Shown here: in pieces, positions 39,716 to 48,543 of the stretch
How the letters are laid out: each line of letters starts with the position of its first letter
Numbering within the stretch: position 1 is the stretch's first letter
The notes under the pieces: generated by a model
What the model was told of the DNA's origin: nothing
Databases searched by the model: none
The model's input: only the letters and a program-made list of their open reading frames with translations
Assembly: GCA_963779755.1 (NCBI GenBank)
Contig: CAVZZO010000003.1
Span: 1,056,001-1,120,000, forward strand
Source: an uncultured Gemmatimonadales bacterium
Lineage (GTDB): Bacteria > Gemmatimonadota > Gemmatimonadetes > Gemmatimonadales > GWC2-71-9
DNA length: 64,000 nucleotides
Direction: 5' to 3'
Made by a program: the position numbers and the translations under genes

Positions 39716-39877
39716 TCACCCGCGCCGGAACAGCGAACCCACCTTCTTTGCCACCCCGACCACCTGGCGCCAGAAGATCATCAGGACGCCCCCGATCGCC
39801 CCCAGGATGGAGGTGAGGGGGAGAATCTGATCCGGCCCGACATAGAGAAGATGGAGACTCAGGAGATGCAGTGTCAT
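39716..39877 (-). CDS. Small (53 aa) single-pass membrane protein with YVGP motif
   Basis: MTLHLLSLHLLYVGPDQILPLTSILGAIGGVLMIFWRQVVGVAKKVGSLFRRG; purine-rich RBS, hydrophobic helix, basic tail. Confidence 0.65.
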   Translation of the reverse strand: MTLHLLSLHLLYVGPDQILPLTSILGAIGGVLMIFWRQVVGVAKKVGSLFRRG

Positions 39878-40075
39878 CCGGCAGACCCTTTCTTCGGCCC
39901 CGGTAAGAGAATTACTGGCCCCCGCTGCGGGAAGGGGCGTTTGCTGGTGCTGCCTGAGGCAGGGCAACCCCTGTGCCAGTCACTCCCCGCAGAGTCCAGC
40001 ACAGCGGGAGAGCAGCGGAGCCAATCTGATACCCAGCCTGGCGGATAGCTATGACGGCCGCCACAGACTGTTGCA

Positions 40076-42043
40076 TCAACGCAACGGTAGGGCTGTCAGC
40101 GAGATGCCAGCCTGGAGGCTCGGCGATCCGGCCGCGGATTGCGACAGGCTCCGGAGCCGCTGCAGCAGACGCTGGAACCGGGCATCCTGGCTGGGCAGCG
40201 TATCAAGGTCGTGGTGAGCGCCCGGATCGGACCGCAGATCGTAGAGTTCGGTTGCTCCGGACTCGAGTTGGATCACCTGCCACGCATTCCGGGAAACCAG
40301 CGACCAGACCATACCCTGCCCGGTCGGCCAGGTCTCGGGGTTTCCGGCCAGGAAAGGTGCCTCCAGCAGCACCGGATCGGTCGGCATGCCCGGCTCGACC
40401 AATGCGGCTCTGATTCCTGCCCCGGGGAAGGACACGTCCCGAATACCGGTCCACTGCATGATGGCCTCGGGCACGGCGGCCAGGCTGACCGGCGCCGGCA
40501 CGGTCGTCCCGGCCCATGGCGCATCCGCGCGCCATACGATGAGCGGTACCCGGATCTGCTCCGGATACAATCCTCCGCCGTGATGGATCATCTGGTGCTC
40601 ACCGAAGGCTTCGCCATGGTCGCTCGTAATGATTACGACCGTGTTCTGCAGCAAGCCGCGGCCTCGCAGACTGTCGAGCAAGCCGCCGATCTGGTCGTCG
40701 AGATACGACAGGCTCTCGTCGTAGCGCTGCCTCCACAGGGCCAGCACGGCGCTATCCGGAGGCGCCGCGTTCTCGTCCCAGGCCCCGATCTCTACCCTGC
40801 GCGGGTGCCACTCCGGCACCTTGGCCTCCGGCCCGAAGCGGCCGCGGTACGGCGGGGGAGGTAGATAGGGGGCATGCTGATCCATGTAATTGAGAAAGGC
40901 GAAGAACGGCCGCTCCCGACCCTGTCCCACCCAGTCCAGAAATTCCCGGTTGACAAGGGCGGCATTTTTCCGGCCCGGAATGTCCGGGAAGCCCATCCGG
41001 GGGAGGGCCCAGTAGGCCATCCGCCGCCCCAGTTCGGTGCGGCTGACCACGTCGCCGAAGCGGCCGAAATAATCTTCGTAATGGAGGAAGCCGCGGGCGA
41101 GTCCCGAGATCCGGCCCGTGAAGAAGACGTTCCCGACGAAGCCGCCCGTTCGGTAGCCGTGATCGCGCAACACCTCGGCGATGGTCGGGTACCGGCCATC
41201 GAGAAAGGCGTGGTGCGGGGTACCGGCCCGATGCACGTGCACGGGCAACCCCGTCATGAGCGTGGCATGCGAGGGGAGCGTGGTCGGAGCCCCGGCGAAC
41301 GCCTCCTGAAACAGGGCACCCGCACGGGCGAGCGAATCGAGCCGCGGGGTGGTGGGCCGGGCGTAGCCGTAAGCCGACAGATGATCGGCTCGCTCGGTGT
41401 CGAGGACGATCAGGAGCACGTTCTTCCCGTTCCCGCGTACCGGGCCCAGCCGGGCCAGCGCCAGGCGCTCCATCAGGGGGGGCAGGAGAAACCCGCCTAG
41501 CGCCCCGATCACCAGGACCGCCCCTCCCAGACTGGGCAGCGCCCGGCGCATCCGGCGGATCCAGAGGTCCCGCCGCCGCAGGTAGGAACGCAACACGACG
41601 GCGGTTACTCCGGCCGCCAGGATCAGAGCCGCGAGGGGCGACAACAGGTTGCGTTGCAGCCGGCTCAGCATCAGGGCGGAGATCAGCGCCAGCACGGCGG
41701 TCAGCGGAATGTCCCATGGGAAACGGGGCCGGATCGTCGCCGGGAGAACCAGGATGAGAGCGACGGCCAGATAGGCGAGCGCGTAGAACACCGGTGCGAC
41801 CAGCAGGACGGGCGGTGCCGTGCCGTTGTCCCAGGAGAGTCCACCCGGGATGTGGCTGAGGACCAGCGAACTGCCGGCTTCGATGAAGCCGTAGGCCAGC
41901 CCCCAGAGCAGCCCGATCCGGATCAGCTGGAGGGCGGCTTCACGGCGGCCCCCGGCCCCGGTGGCGGGGCGCCCGTCGAGCGCCCGGACAGGTGCAGCGA
42001 CCTGCCTCGCCGACAACCCGGGCGTGGACTCTTCCGGGCTCAA
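40076..42043 (-). CDS. Membrane-anchored sulfatase-fold protein, Thr-type, copy 4
   Basis: TM N-terminus, NVLLIVLDTER, APTTLPSHATLMTG, NYMDQHAPY, SDHGEAFGEH; TTG start overlapping the upstream stop inferred. Confidence 0.85.
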   Translation of the reverse strand: MSPEESTPGLSARQVAAPVRALDGRPATGAGGRREAALQLIRIGLLWGLAYGFIEAGSSLVLSHIPGGLSWDNGTAPPVLLVAPVFYALAYLAVALILVLPATIRPRFPWDIPLTAVLALISALMLSRLQRNLLSPLAALILAAGVTAVVLRSYLRRRDLWIRRMRRALPSLGGAVLVIGALGGFLLPPLMERLALARLGPVRGNGKNVLLIVLDTERADHLSAYGYARPTTPRLDSLARAGALFQEAFAGAPTTLPSHATLMTGLPVHVHRAGTPHHAFLDGRYPTIAEVLRDHGYRTGGFVGNVFFTGRISGLARGFLHYEDYFGRFGDVVSRTELGRRMAYWALPRMGFPDIPGRKNAALVNREFLDWVGQGRERPFFAFLNYMDQHAPYLPPPPYRGRFGPEAKVPEWHPRRVEIGAWDENAAPPDSAVLALWRQRYDESLSYLDDQIGGLLDSLRGRGLLQNTVVIITSDHGEAFGEHQMIHHGGGLYPEQIRVPLIVWRADAPWAGTTVPAPVSLAAVPEAIMQWTGIRDVSFPGAGIRAALVEPGMPTDPVLLEAPFLAGNPETWPTGQGMVWSLVSRNAWQVIQLESGATELYDLRSDPGAHHDLDTLPSQDARFQRLLQRLRSLSQSAAGSPSLQAGISLTALPLR

Positions 42044-42324
42044 GCCACCATCCGGTTGTACATCGCGCCGATGAGCCGACCCAGGGCATAGCCGAACACG
42101 AAGGCGTACACGAACCCGATCAGGCTGCCCAGAAAGGTGACCCGGTAGCCGGGAAAGAAGACGTGCAGCATCTGCAGGTGCTGCCCGGCGTTGGGGCCGC
42201 CCCGCAACACCAGGATGTTGGTGGCGAAAAAGAGACCGAACCCCAGGAGCAGGCCGAAGGCGATCCCCCACGCGCGGCCGTTCAACTGAAGCAGAGTATG
42301 TTGCACTTCGTCGTTGGTCGTCAT
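42040..42324 (-). CDS. Small membrane protein (paralog of the next gene)
   Basis: RAWGIAFG...FFPGYRVTFLGSLIG...YN. Confidence 0.75.
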   Translation of the reverse strand: MTTNDEVQHTLLQLNGRAWGIAFGLLLGFGLFFATNILVLRGGPNAGQHLQMLHVFFPGYRVTFLGSLIGFVYAFVFGYALGRLIGAMYNRMVA

Positions 42325-42331
42325 GGCTCGC

Positions 42332-42703
42332 TCAGATGTGGTCGAGAAAATCCCGGGTCTGGGCCAGCTCGGCACGAGTCCGGATCAGGAACAGGGAAAC
42401 GGCGACGACGAAATTGCGGCAGAACGCCAGGAACCATCCGCCGACGAAGCCGATGAGAAACCCCCAGCCCCATCCGATCAGTGCTCCGGTTACCGAGACA
42501 CGATAGCCTCTGAAGTACTGGGCCAGGAGGACCAGGCCCTCCCCCTCCCCCCGCAGAACCGCGATGAGCGTCAGCGCGGCAACGGCGGTGCCGACCGCCG
42601 TGCCCATCGCGACGCCGAAGGCGCGCTTGTGCAGGGGGGCGAACGCCAGCGCAAGGCGGCGGCTCAGGCCTTCCGGTGCGGCCGCGGGGGCGGTTGACGT
42701 CAT
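42332..42703 (-). CDS. Small membrane protein
   Basis: RAFGVAMG...QYFRGYRVSVTGALIG...RN. Confidence 0.75.
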   Translation of the reverse strand: MTSTAPAAAPEGLSRRLALAFAPLHKRAFGVAMGTAVGTAVAALTLIAVLRGEGEGLVLLAQYFRGYRVSVTGALIGWGWGFLIGFVGGWFLAFCRNFVVAVSLFLIRTRAELAQTRDFLDHI

Positions 42704-42778
42704 GGGGTTGCCACTTTCCTCAGGCATTCGCAGGGCCAATATGTGAGACGCTCTCTGCAGCGGCAATGCCGCGCCGGC

Positions 42779-43918
42779 TCAGGCGCTGGCCGCCGGCGGC
42801 CGTGACCGGCTTGATGCTTCCCACGGCGCGCGGGGCCGCCGGCTGGGAACCGGGGGCCAGGTCTCCAGGCCCACTTCGCTGAACGCCTGTACCGAGGCGG
42901 GCGGCTGGGGCTCGCCCACCACATGGTGCAGCAGGATGCCCGAGACCGCCGAGAGGCCGTTCACCAGGTAATAGAGCAGATGGAGCGGGAGAACGGCGAG
43001 CGCGAAGCCCCACCCCCGCAGGGCCCTGAAGGAGTGATACAGCGACCGGTTACCGTAGAGCACCGGGGCCAGCGCCAGGGCCGCCGCTGCCAGCCAGAGC
43101 GGCTGCCGGAGGAGTGCCGCCGCCCCCGCGCAGAGAAAGGCCAGCCAGACCAGCACGGTGCTCACCCGTTCCCGGGTCCGGACATTCAGCACCCCTTTCC
43201 GGATTCCCGGGTCGTCGTTCACCAGGAGCCGCATCCAGGGCACGCCCCGGTCCTTGAAATCGGTCGCCACCATGTTGCCCAGCGTCCAGCGCTTCAGGTG
43301 CGTCCCCTGAATTTCGGGCCGCAGCAGGATGCGGTGCCCCCGGGCCCGGATCCGGTGCCCCAGCTCGATATCCTCGATCTGCGGCTTGTAATAATGCCAT
43401 TCATCGAACATCCCGCACTCCGCAAAGACCGCCGTCCGGACTGCGCCACAGCCGGCCCAGAACGTTTCCGCCTCGCCGGTATTCTGGTGGTGTACCAGAT
43501 GGTGCAGAAGGTTCCGGTACTGGGAAACCAGCCCGGGAGCGGCGGGCCGACTGTCGTAGGAGCCGAAGACCGCCCCCAGGGCCAGGCTGTCGGAGAAGAG
43601 CCCGGTGAACCGCCGCAGGGCGTCGGGATGGACACAGACGTCCGCGTCCACGAAGACGATGATTTCGCCCCGCGCCGCCTCGAACCCGCGGTTACGGGCG
43701 TAGGCGGGCCCGTGGGGTTGGCCGGGCAGCCGGACCACCGCATCGGCGAAGCGGGCAGCCAGGACGGCCGTATCGTCCGTGCTGGCGTCGTCCACCACGA
43801 TCAGCTCCCAGCACTCCCGGGGCAGGTCGCTGTGCAGCAGCGCCTCCAGAGATTGGGGCAGAACCCGGTGGCCGTTATGGGCCGGCACGATGACGGAGAG
43901 AAACGGACGTTCAGACAT
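42779..43918 (-). CDS. Glycosyltransferase family 2
   Basis: SVIVPAHN, VDDASTD, GPAYARNRG, FVDAD, EDIELG. Confidence 0.88.
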   Translation of the reverse strand: MSERPFLSVIVPAHNGHRVLPQSLEALLHSDLPRECWELIVVDDASTDDTAVLAARFADAVVRLPGQPHGPAYARNRGFEAARGEIIVFVDADVCVHPDALRRFTGLFSDSLALGAVFGSYDSRPAAPGLVSQYRNLLHHLVHHQNTGEAETFWAGCGAVRTAVFAECGMFDEWHYYKPQIEDIELGHRIRARGHRILLRPEIQGTHLKRWTLGNMVATDFKDRGVPWMRLLVNDDPGIRKGVLNVRTRERVSTVLVWLAFLCAGAAALLRQPLWLAAAALALAPVLYGNRSLYHSFRALRGWGFALAVLPLHLLYYLVNGLSAVSGILLHHVVGEPQPPASVQAFSEVGLETWPPVPSRRPRAPWEASSRSRPPAASA

Positions 43919-44645
43919 GAAGCACCTCGCGAAGCCGCCGCGCCTGGCCGCGGAGACGCAGCCGCCAGCGGAACCGGGCGGATCCCCAATCCTCCAGCAT
44001 CCCCGCCTCACGAAGGTAGTACATATCCAGCCGGGGAAGCAGGTGGGGCCGGTCCTCCCGGGCCACCGGCCGCAGCTCGGTGGTGCACGCCAGGGCGAAC
44101 GTGTCCGCCGCCAGCGCCGCGACTCCGGCGTCGAGATCGCCGTAGGGATACGCAAAGGCGGCGGGCCGCCGGCCGGTTTCGCGTTCGATCTGATCGGCCG
44201 ACCCGGCGATCTCCTCCCGCCGGCGCGCGGCATCGAGCCGCGAGAGATGCGGGTGGGTCCGGGTGTGCGCGCCCAGGGCGATCCCGCGCTCGGCCAGGCG
44301 GCCCAGGTCGTCCCAGCCCAGCAGCGGCAGCGTCGGGATGCCCGGGCCGGGCGCCCCCTCCCAGTCGTTGGTCCCGCCAGCCCGGTCGGTCACCACGAAC
44401 AGCGTCGCCGGCAGTTGCAGATCCAGCAGCAGCGGCGCCGCCACCTCGCCGAAATTGGCAAACCCGTCGTCGAAGGTAAGCGCCACCGCATCGTCCTCCG
44501 GCGCCTGCCGCCCCAGCTCCTCCAACGGTACCACCCGCACCGGCCCGCCGGCCAGCCACTCGGCCTGGCGGCGGAACGTCGCGGGATCCACCGAGATCAC
44601 CGAGCCGCTCGGGTCGATGGAGTGGTACATGAGGATGGCGTGCAT
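43911..44645 (-). CDS. Polysaccharide deacetylase (NodB/CE4, IcaB-like)
   Basis: ILMYHSI, LTFDDGF, GAHTRTHPHL, FAYPYG, LPR. Confidence 0.88.
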   Translation of the reverse strand: MHAILMYHSIDPSGSVISVDPATFRRQAEWLAGGPVRVVPLEELGRQAPEDDAVALTFDDGFANFGEVAAPLLLDLQLPATLFVVTDRAGGTNDWEGAPGPGIPTLPLLGWDDLGRLAERGIALGAHTRTHPHLSRLDAARRREEIAGSADQIERETGRRPAAFAYPYGDLDAGVAALAADTFALACTTELRPVAREDRPHLLPRLDMYYLREAGMLEDWGSARFRWRLRLRGQARRLREVLHV

Positions 44646-44669
44646 GCGCAATCCGGGTTCGGTCCATTC

Positions 44670-44751
44670 GTAAGAGGTGAGAGGTAAGGCGTGAGGCGTG
44701 GCGGAATAGTCTCACGCCTTACGCCTTACGCCTTACCTCAAGCGCCTTACC
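44670..44751. repeat. Inverted heptamer arrays (GTRAGRS)n / (CTYACGC)n
   Basis: gtaagag gtgagag gtaaggc gtgaggc ... ctcacgc cttacgc cttacgc cttacct. Confidence 0.8.
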
Positions 44752-45724
44752 TGCCCACCGCAATTCTCTCGCGCTGGTCCGCCACTACGTCGGCGACGAT
44801 CTGCTCCAGCGACCGCTGGAAGCGGTAGCCGGTAAGCTGCTCCAGTCGCCGGATGTCGGGGACGCGGCGCTCCAGGTCTTCGAACCCCTCGGAGTAGGCT
44901 TCGGTATAGGGCACGTGCACGATGGGGGAGCTGCTCCCCGCCGCCGCGCGCACCATCTCGGCCAGCCGGTTGATGGTGATCTCCCGGTCGGTGCCGACGT
45001 TGACGACCTGCCCCACGGCATCCGGTGTGGCCACGAGCCGGAGCAGCCCCTCGACCGCGTCCTGCACGTGACCGAAGCAGCGCGACTGCTCGCCCGAGCC
45101 GAAGACCCGGATCGGCTCCCCCTGCACCGCCTGGGCCGCGAAGTTGGGCAGCACCATGCCGTAGCGTCCCGTTTGCCGGGGCCCCACGGTATTGAAGAAG
45201 CGGACCACCACCACCGGGACTTTCTTCTCCCGCCAGTAGGCCAGCGCCAGCCACTCGTCCAGCGCCTTGGAGCAGGCGTAGGCCCAGCGGCTGTGGCTGG
45301 TGGGGCCCAGCTTGAGATCATCCTCCTCGGCAAAGGGAATCCTGGTTCCCTTGCCATAGACCTCGGAGGTGGAGGCCAGCACCACCAGCTTGCGCTTCTT
45401 GGCGGCGGCGTTGAGCACCGTCTCGGTGGCCTTGACGTTGGTCTCGATCGTGTGCACCGGCTGCTCCACGATGAGCCGCACCCCCACCGCGGCCGCCAGG
45501 TGGATGGTGACGTCGCAGCGGTCCACCAGTTCGCCCACCAGGGGCGCGTCCATGGCCGTGCCGACCCGGTACTCGTAGCCCTCGCGGCCGATCAGATGGG
45601 TGATGTTGTCCATCTGGCCGGTGGAGAGGTCGTCGAGAATGAAGACCTTGTCCCCCCGGTCGAGCAGCCGCTCGGAAAGATGCGACCCGATGAACCCGGC
45701 GCCGCCGGTAATGAAGACGCGCAT
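44747..45724 (-). CDS. NDP-sugar epimerase/dehydratase (extended SDR)
   Basis: ITGGAGFIGSHL, HLAAAVGV, STSEVYG, YACSK, RFFNTVGPRQ. Confidence 0.9.
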   Translation of the reverse strand: MRVFITGGAGFIGSHLSERLLDRGDKVFILDDLSTGQMDNITHLIGREGYEYRVGTAMDAPLVGELVDRCDVTIHLAAAVGVRLIVEQPVHTIETNVKATETVLNAAAKKRKLVVLASTSEVYGKGTRIPFAEEDDLKLGPTSHSRWAYACSKALDEWLALAYWREKKVPVVVVRFFNTVGPRQTGRYGMVLPNFAAQAVQGEPIRVFGSGEQSRCFGHVQDAVEGLLRLVATPDAVGQVVNVGTDREITINRLAEMVRAAAGSSSPIVHVPYTEAYSEGFEDLERRVPDIRRLEQLTGYRFQRSLEQIVADVVADQRERIAVGR

Positions 45725-45741
45725 TCTTACGCTCCCGGTAT

Positions 45742-45837
45742 CAGGGACAAGGGACCAGGCACAAGGGACAAAGGTCTCAATGGTCAAGCAGGGCGGACGA
45801 CGGGAGTCGTGTCCCCTGTCCCCTGTCCCCTGTCCCT
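45742..45837. repeat. Inverted heptamer arrays (AGGGACA-like / TGTCCCC)
   Basis: cagggacaagggaccaggcacaagggaca ... tgtcccctgtcccctgtcccctgtccc. Confidence 0.8.
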
Positions 45838-47090
45838 CTTTCCAGCAAGCCCACCACCCGCCTGTCGCCCTTCTTTTCCGCCGTTCGCCTGACGATATCC
45901 AGATACCGCGGCACCACCGCGCTCTCGCTGTAGCGCTCCACGTAGGCCCGGTAGCCGTTCTCCGCCAGCCGGCGCCGGTGGGCCGGGTCGGCCTGGATCC
46001 GCCGCATGGCCCCCAGCAGCTCCCGGCCGGTCTCGAACAGCTCGCCCCCCGCCGCCGACTCGACGATCTCCGGGAAGGGGCCGATCCGGCGCGCGATGAC
46101 CGGCGTCCGCTGCCGGAAGGACTCGATCAGGATGATGCCGAAAGTCTCGAAGCAGACCGACGGCACGATCAGTGCCAGCGCGTGCTGGTAGTAGCGGCAC
46201 AGCTCGTCCGGAGCCACCCGGCCCAGAAACCTGACCCGCTCGATATCCTGCCCCAGCGCCCGCAGGGTCGCGCCATATTCCCCCTCGCCCGCGATCAGCA
46301 GATCGGCATCGGGGTAGTCGCGAAACAGCGGGATGACGTCGTCCAGCCCCTTGATCTTCTCCAGCCGCCCCACGAAGAGGAAATAGGGCCGCCCGTGCGG
46401 CGACTCGCCGGCCACCGCCGCCCCGCCCGGCTCCGGATCGGGCAGGAAGTAGGGCAGCACTTCCATCTCCCGGGGAAAGCCGAACTCCCGGTGCTTTCCG
46501 CGGCTGAATTCGCTCATCGCGATGAACGTATCCACGTGCCGCAGCTCCCGCTCCAGAAACCCGGTCCAGCGCCAGAGCTGCGGCGGCCGGCGGTAGCTCA
46601 GGGTGCAGCGCAGGCACTCCCGCCCGGTGCAGAGCTCGCGCCCGTGGCGCCAGAGCACGTGCATGGGGCAGACCAGCCAGTGCTCGTGCGCCATGTAGAG
46701 CTTGAGCGCGTCGCCGTAGCGGAAGAGGCCGGGGCCGCCCACCAGCGAGGCGTTGTGAAAATTGATCACGTCGAAGCCGCCCCGCTCCAGCAGCTCGCGG
46801 ATCTTCCCGCCGTTCACCACCGGGCGCCCGAGCTGCTGCGTCAGGAGCGGTGACAACGCCCCCACCCCGCTCCTCAGGCCGATCCGCTCGACCCCCTCGA
46901 CCTCCTCGACCCTCTCGACCCCCTCGACCTTCTTTCCCGCCAGCATCTCCCAGGCATCGGCGTCGTGCACCACCGTCACCCGGTGCCCCGCGCGCGCCAG
47001 GCCCCGCGCCAGTCGCTGGATGCCGATCCCATCCCCGCCGAAATTCCAGGGGGGATAGAAAGTCGTCAGAAAGCAGAACTTCAGCGGCAC
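45777..47090 (-). CDS. Glycosyltransferase family 4
   Basis: FYPPWNFGG, FVGRLEKIKG, PSVCFETFGIILIESF; internal nonamer-repeat insert encoding VEGVERVEEVEGVE. Confidence 0.88.
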   Translation of the reverse strand: MPLKFCFLTTFYPPWNFGGDGIGIQRLARGLARAGHRVTVVHDADAWEMLAGKKVEGVERVEEVEGVERIGLRSGVGALSPLLTQQLGRPVVNGGKIRELLERGGFDVINFHNASLVGGPGLFRYGDALKLYMAHEHWLVCPMHVLWRHGRELCTGRECLRCTLSYRRPPQLWRWTGFLERELRHVDTFIAMSEFSRGKHREFGFPREMEVLPYFLPDPEPGGAAVAGESPHGRPYFLFVGRLEKIKGLDDVIPLFRDYPDADLLIAGEGEYGATLRALGQDIERVRFLGRVAPDELCRYYQHALALIVPSVCFETFGIILIESFRQRTPVIARRIGPFPEIVESAAGGELFETGRELLGAMRRIQADPAHRRRLAENGYRAYVERYSESAVVPRYLDIVRRTAEKKGDRRVVGLLERGTGDRGQGTRLPSSALLDH

Positions 47091-47094
47091 GCGA

Positions 47095-48357
47095 TCATAT
47101 CCTTGTGCTCGTCGGGGACAGGGCACCAGGGACAGGGGGCAACGGGCACACCCCTTGTCCCTGGTTCCTGGTCCCCTGTCCCCGGCCTGCGTCCTCGATG
47201 GCCTGCAAGGCGATCGAAGCCGTGGCGGGCCACGAAAGCGCCCCCGCCCGCGCCAGCGCGCGCGCCGCCATGGCGCTCCGCCCGGCCGGGTCCAGCAGCA
47301 TGGAACGGAGGGCCGCGGTCACCGCCGACTGATTACCCGGCGGGATGAAAATGCCGCCGCCTTCCAGCAGCTCGGGCAACGGGCTCTCGCGCGTCGCGAT
47401 CACCGGCGCCCCACAGGCGGCCGCCTCCACCGCCGGCAGCCCGAAGCCTTCGCAGGCGGAGGGGAGCACCAGCGCCAGGGCGCGGCTGTGCAGGTGGCGC
47501 AGCTCCTCGTCGGGGACGAAGCCGGTCCAGCGCACCAGCGACTCGGTGCCCGCCTCGGCGATGGCGCGCCGGATGGCCGCCTGGTCGCCGTGGAAGGGAT
47601 CGCCCTCGGTGGCGCCCACCAGCAGCAGATAGGGCGGCGTTCCATGATAATCCGCCAGCGTCTCGGCGTGAGCCCGGACCAGCACATCCACGTGCTTGTG
47701 CGGGTTGAACCCGCCGACGTAAATGAACCAGCTCGATCCCGGCGGCACCCCGAACCGGGCCGCGATCCGGTCGGCCGCGTCGTCATCGCCGCCGGGACGG
47801 AACGCCGGGGCCGGGGCTTCCACCGCCACCCGGATCCGCTCGGGGGCCACCCGGAGATACCGGGCGATGTCCCGGGACGAGAACTCGGAGACGGTGAGCA
47901 CCAGGGCCGCCTGCCGCACCGCCGCCCCCACCTTGAGCCGCCAGAACAGCCGCGCCCGGGCGGTCGGCAGGGTCAGCTCGGGAAACCGTTCGGCGATGGC
48001 GTCGTGCACCGTCACCACCGACCTCTGGCCCGGCACCAGGGGAAACCAGGTGTACACCGAGGGCCAGAAGAAGACGTCGGGATGCTCGCGCCATACCGCG
48101 CGGCTCAGCCGCAGCATATCGGCGGGCGAGCGGTTGCCGTCGGCCGCCGCCGCCTCGGTGGGCGCGCGCGACTGCGCCACCACCACCCGGCGGACATTGC
48201 CGCCGGCCAGATCGAACGATTCGGCCGACCGGGGATCCAGAAAGCAGATCCACTCGTGGTCCGCGCCCGCCGCCGTCAGCGCCGGCAGCAGCTGCCGGAT
48301 GTAGCGACCGTACCCCCGCCCGTTGGCCCAGCAGGTCGCGTCGATCCCGATGCGCAT
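47095..48357 (-). CDS. Glycosyltransferase family 4
   Basis: MRIGIDA, GYGRY, TVHD, YVGGFNPHKH, PSACEGFGLPAVEA. Confidence 0.9.
   Translation of the reverse strand: MRIGIDATCWANGRGYGRYIRQLLPALTAAGADHEWICFLDPRSAESFDLAGGNVRRVVVAQSRAPTEAAAADGNRSPADMLRLSRAVWREHPDVFFWPSVYTWFPLVPGQRSVVTVHDAIAERFPELTLPTARARLFWRLKVGAAVRQAALVLTVSEFSSRDIARYLRVAPERIRVAVEAPAPAFRPGGDDDAADRIAARFGVPPGSSWFIYVGGFNPHKHVDVLVRAHAETLADYHGTPPYLLLVGATEGDPFHGDQAAIRRAIAEAGTESLVRWTGFVPDEELRHLHSRALALVLPSACEGFGLPAVEAAACGAPVIATRESPLPELLEGGGIFIPPGNQSAVTAALRSMLLDPAGRSAMAARALARAGALSWPATASIALQAIEDAGRGQGTRNQGQGVCPLPPVPGALSPTSTRI
47113..47183. repeat. Inverted heptamer arrays (GGGACAG / CTGTCCC family)
   Basis: ggggacagggcaccagggacagggg ... 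ttgtccctggttcctggtcccctgtcccc. Confidence 0.75.
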
Positions 48358-48362
48358 GCGCT

Positions 48363-48543
48363 AGGACGGCAGGACGGCAGGACGGCAGGACGGCAGGCGG
48401 GTAGCCCTCCGGGGATCGGTGGTCATACCGGGGGATGTACCGGCGGCCGAACGTTCCCGCGTGCGCTCACCTGCCGCCTTGCCGTCCTGCCGTCCTGCCG
48501 TCCTGCCGCCTTGCCCTCCTGCCGCCCTGCCGTCTTGCCGCCT
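48363..48543. repeat. Inverted octamer arrays (AGGACGGC)n / (GCCGTCCT)n
   Basis: 4+ units at 48363 and about 9 degenerate reverse units at 48470..48543. Confidence 0.85.
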
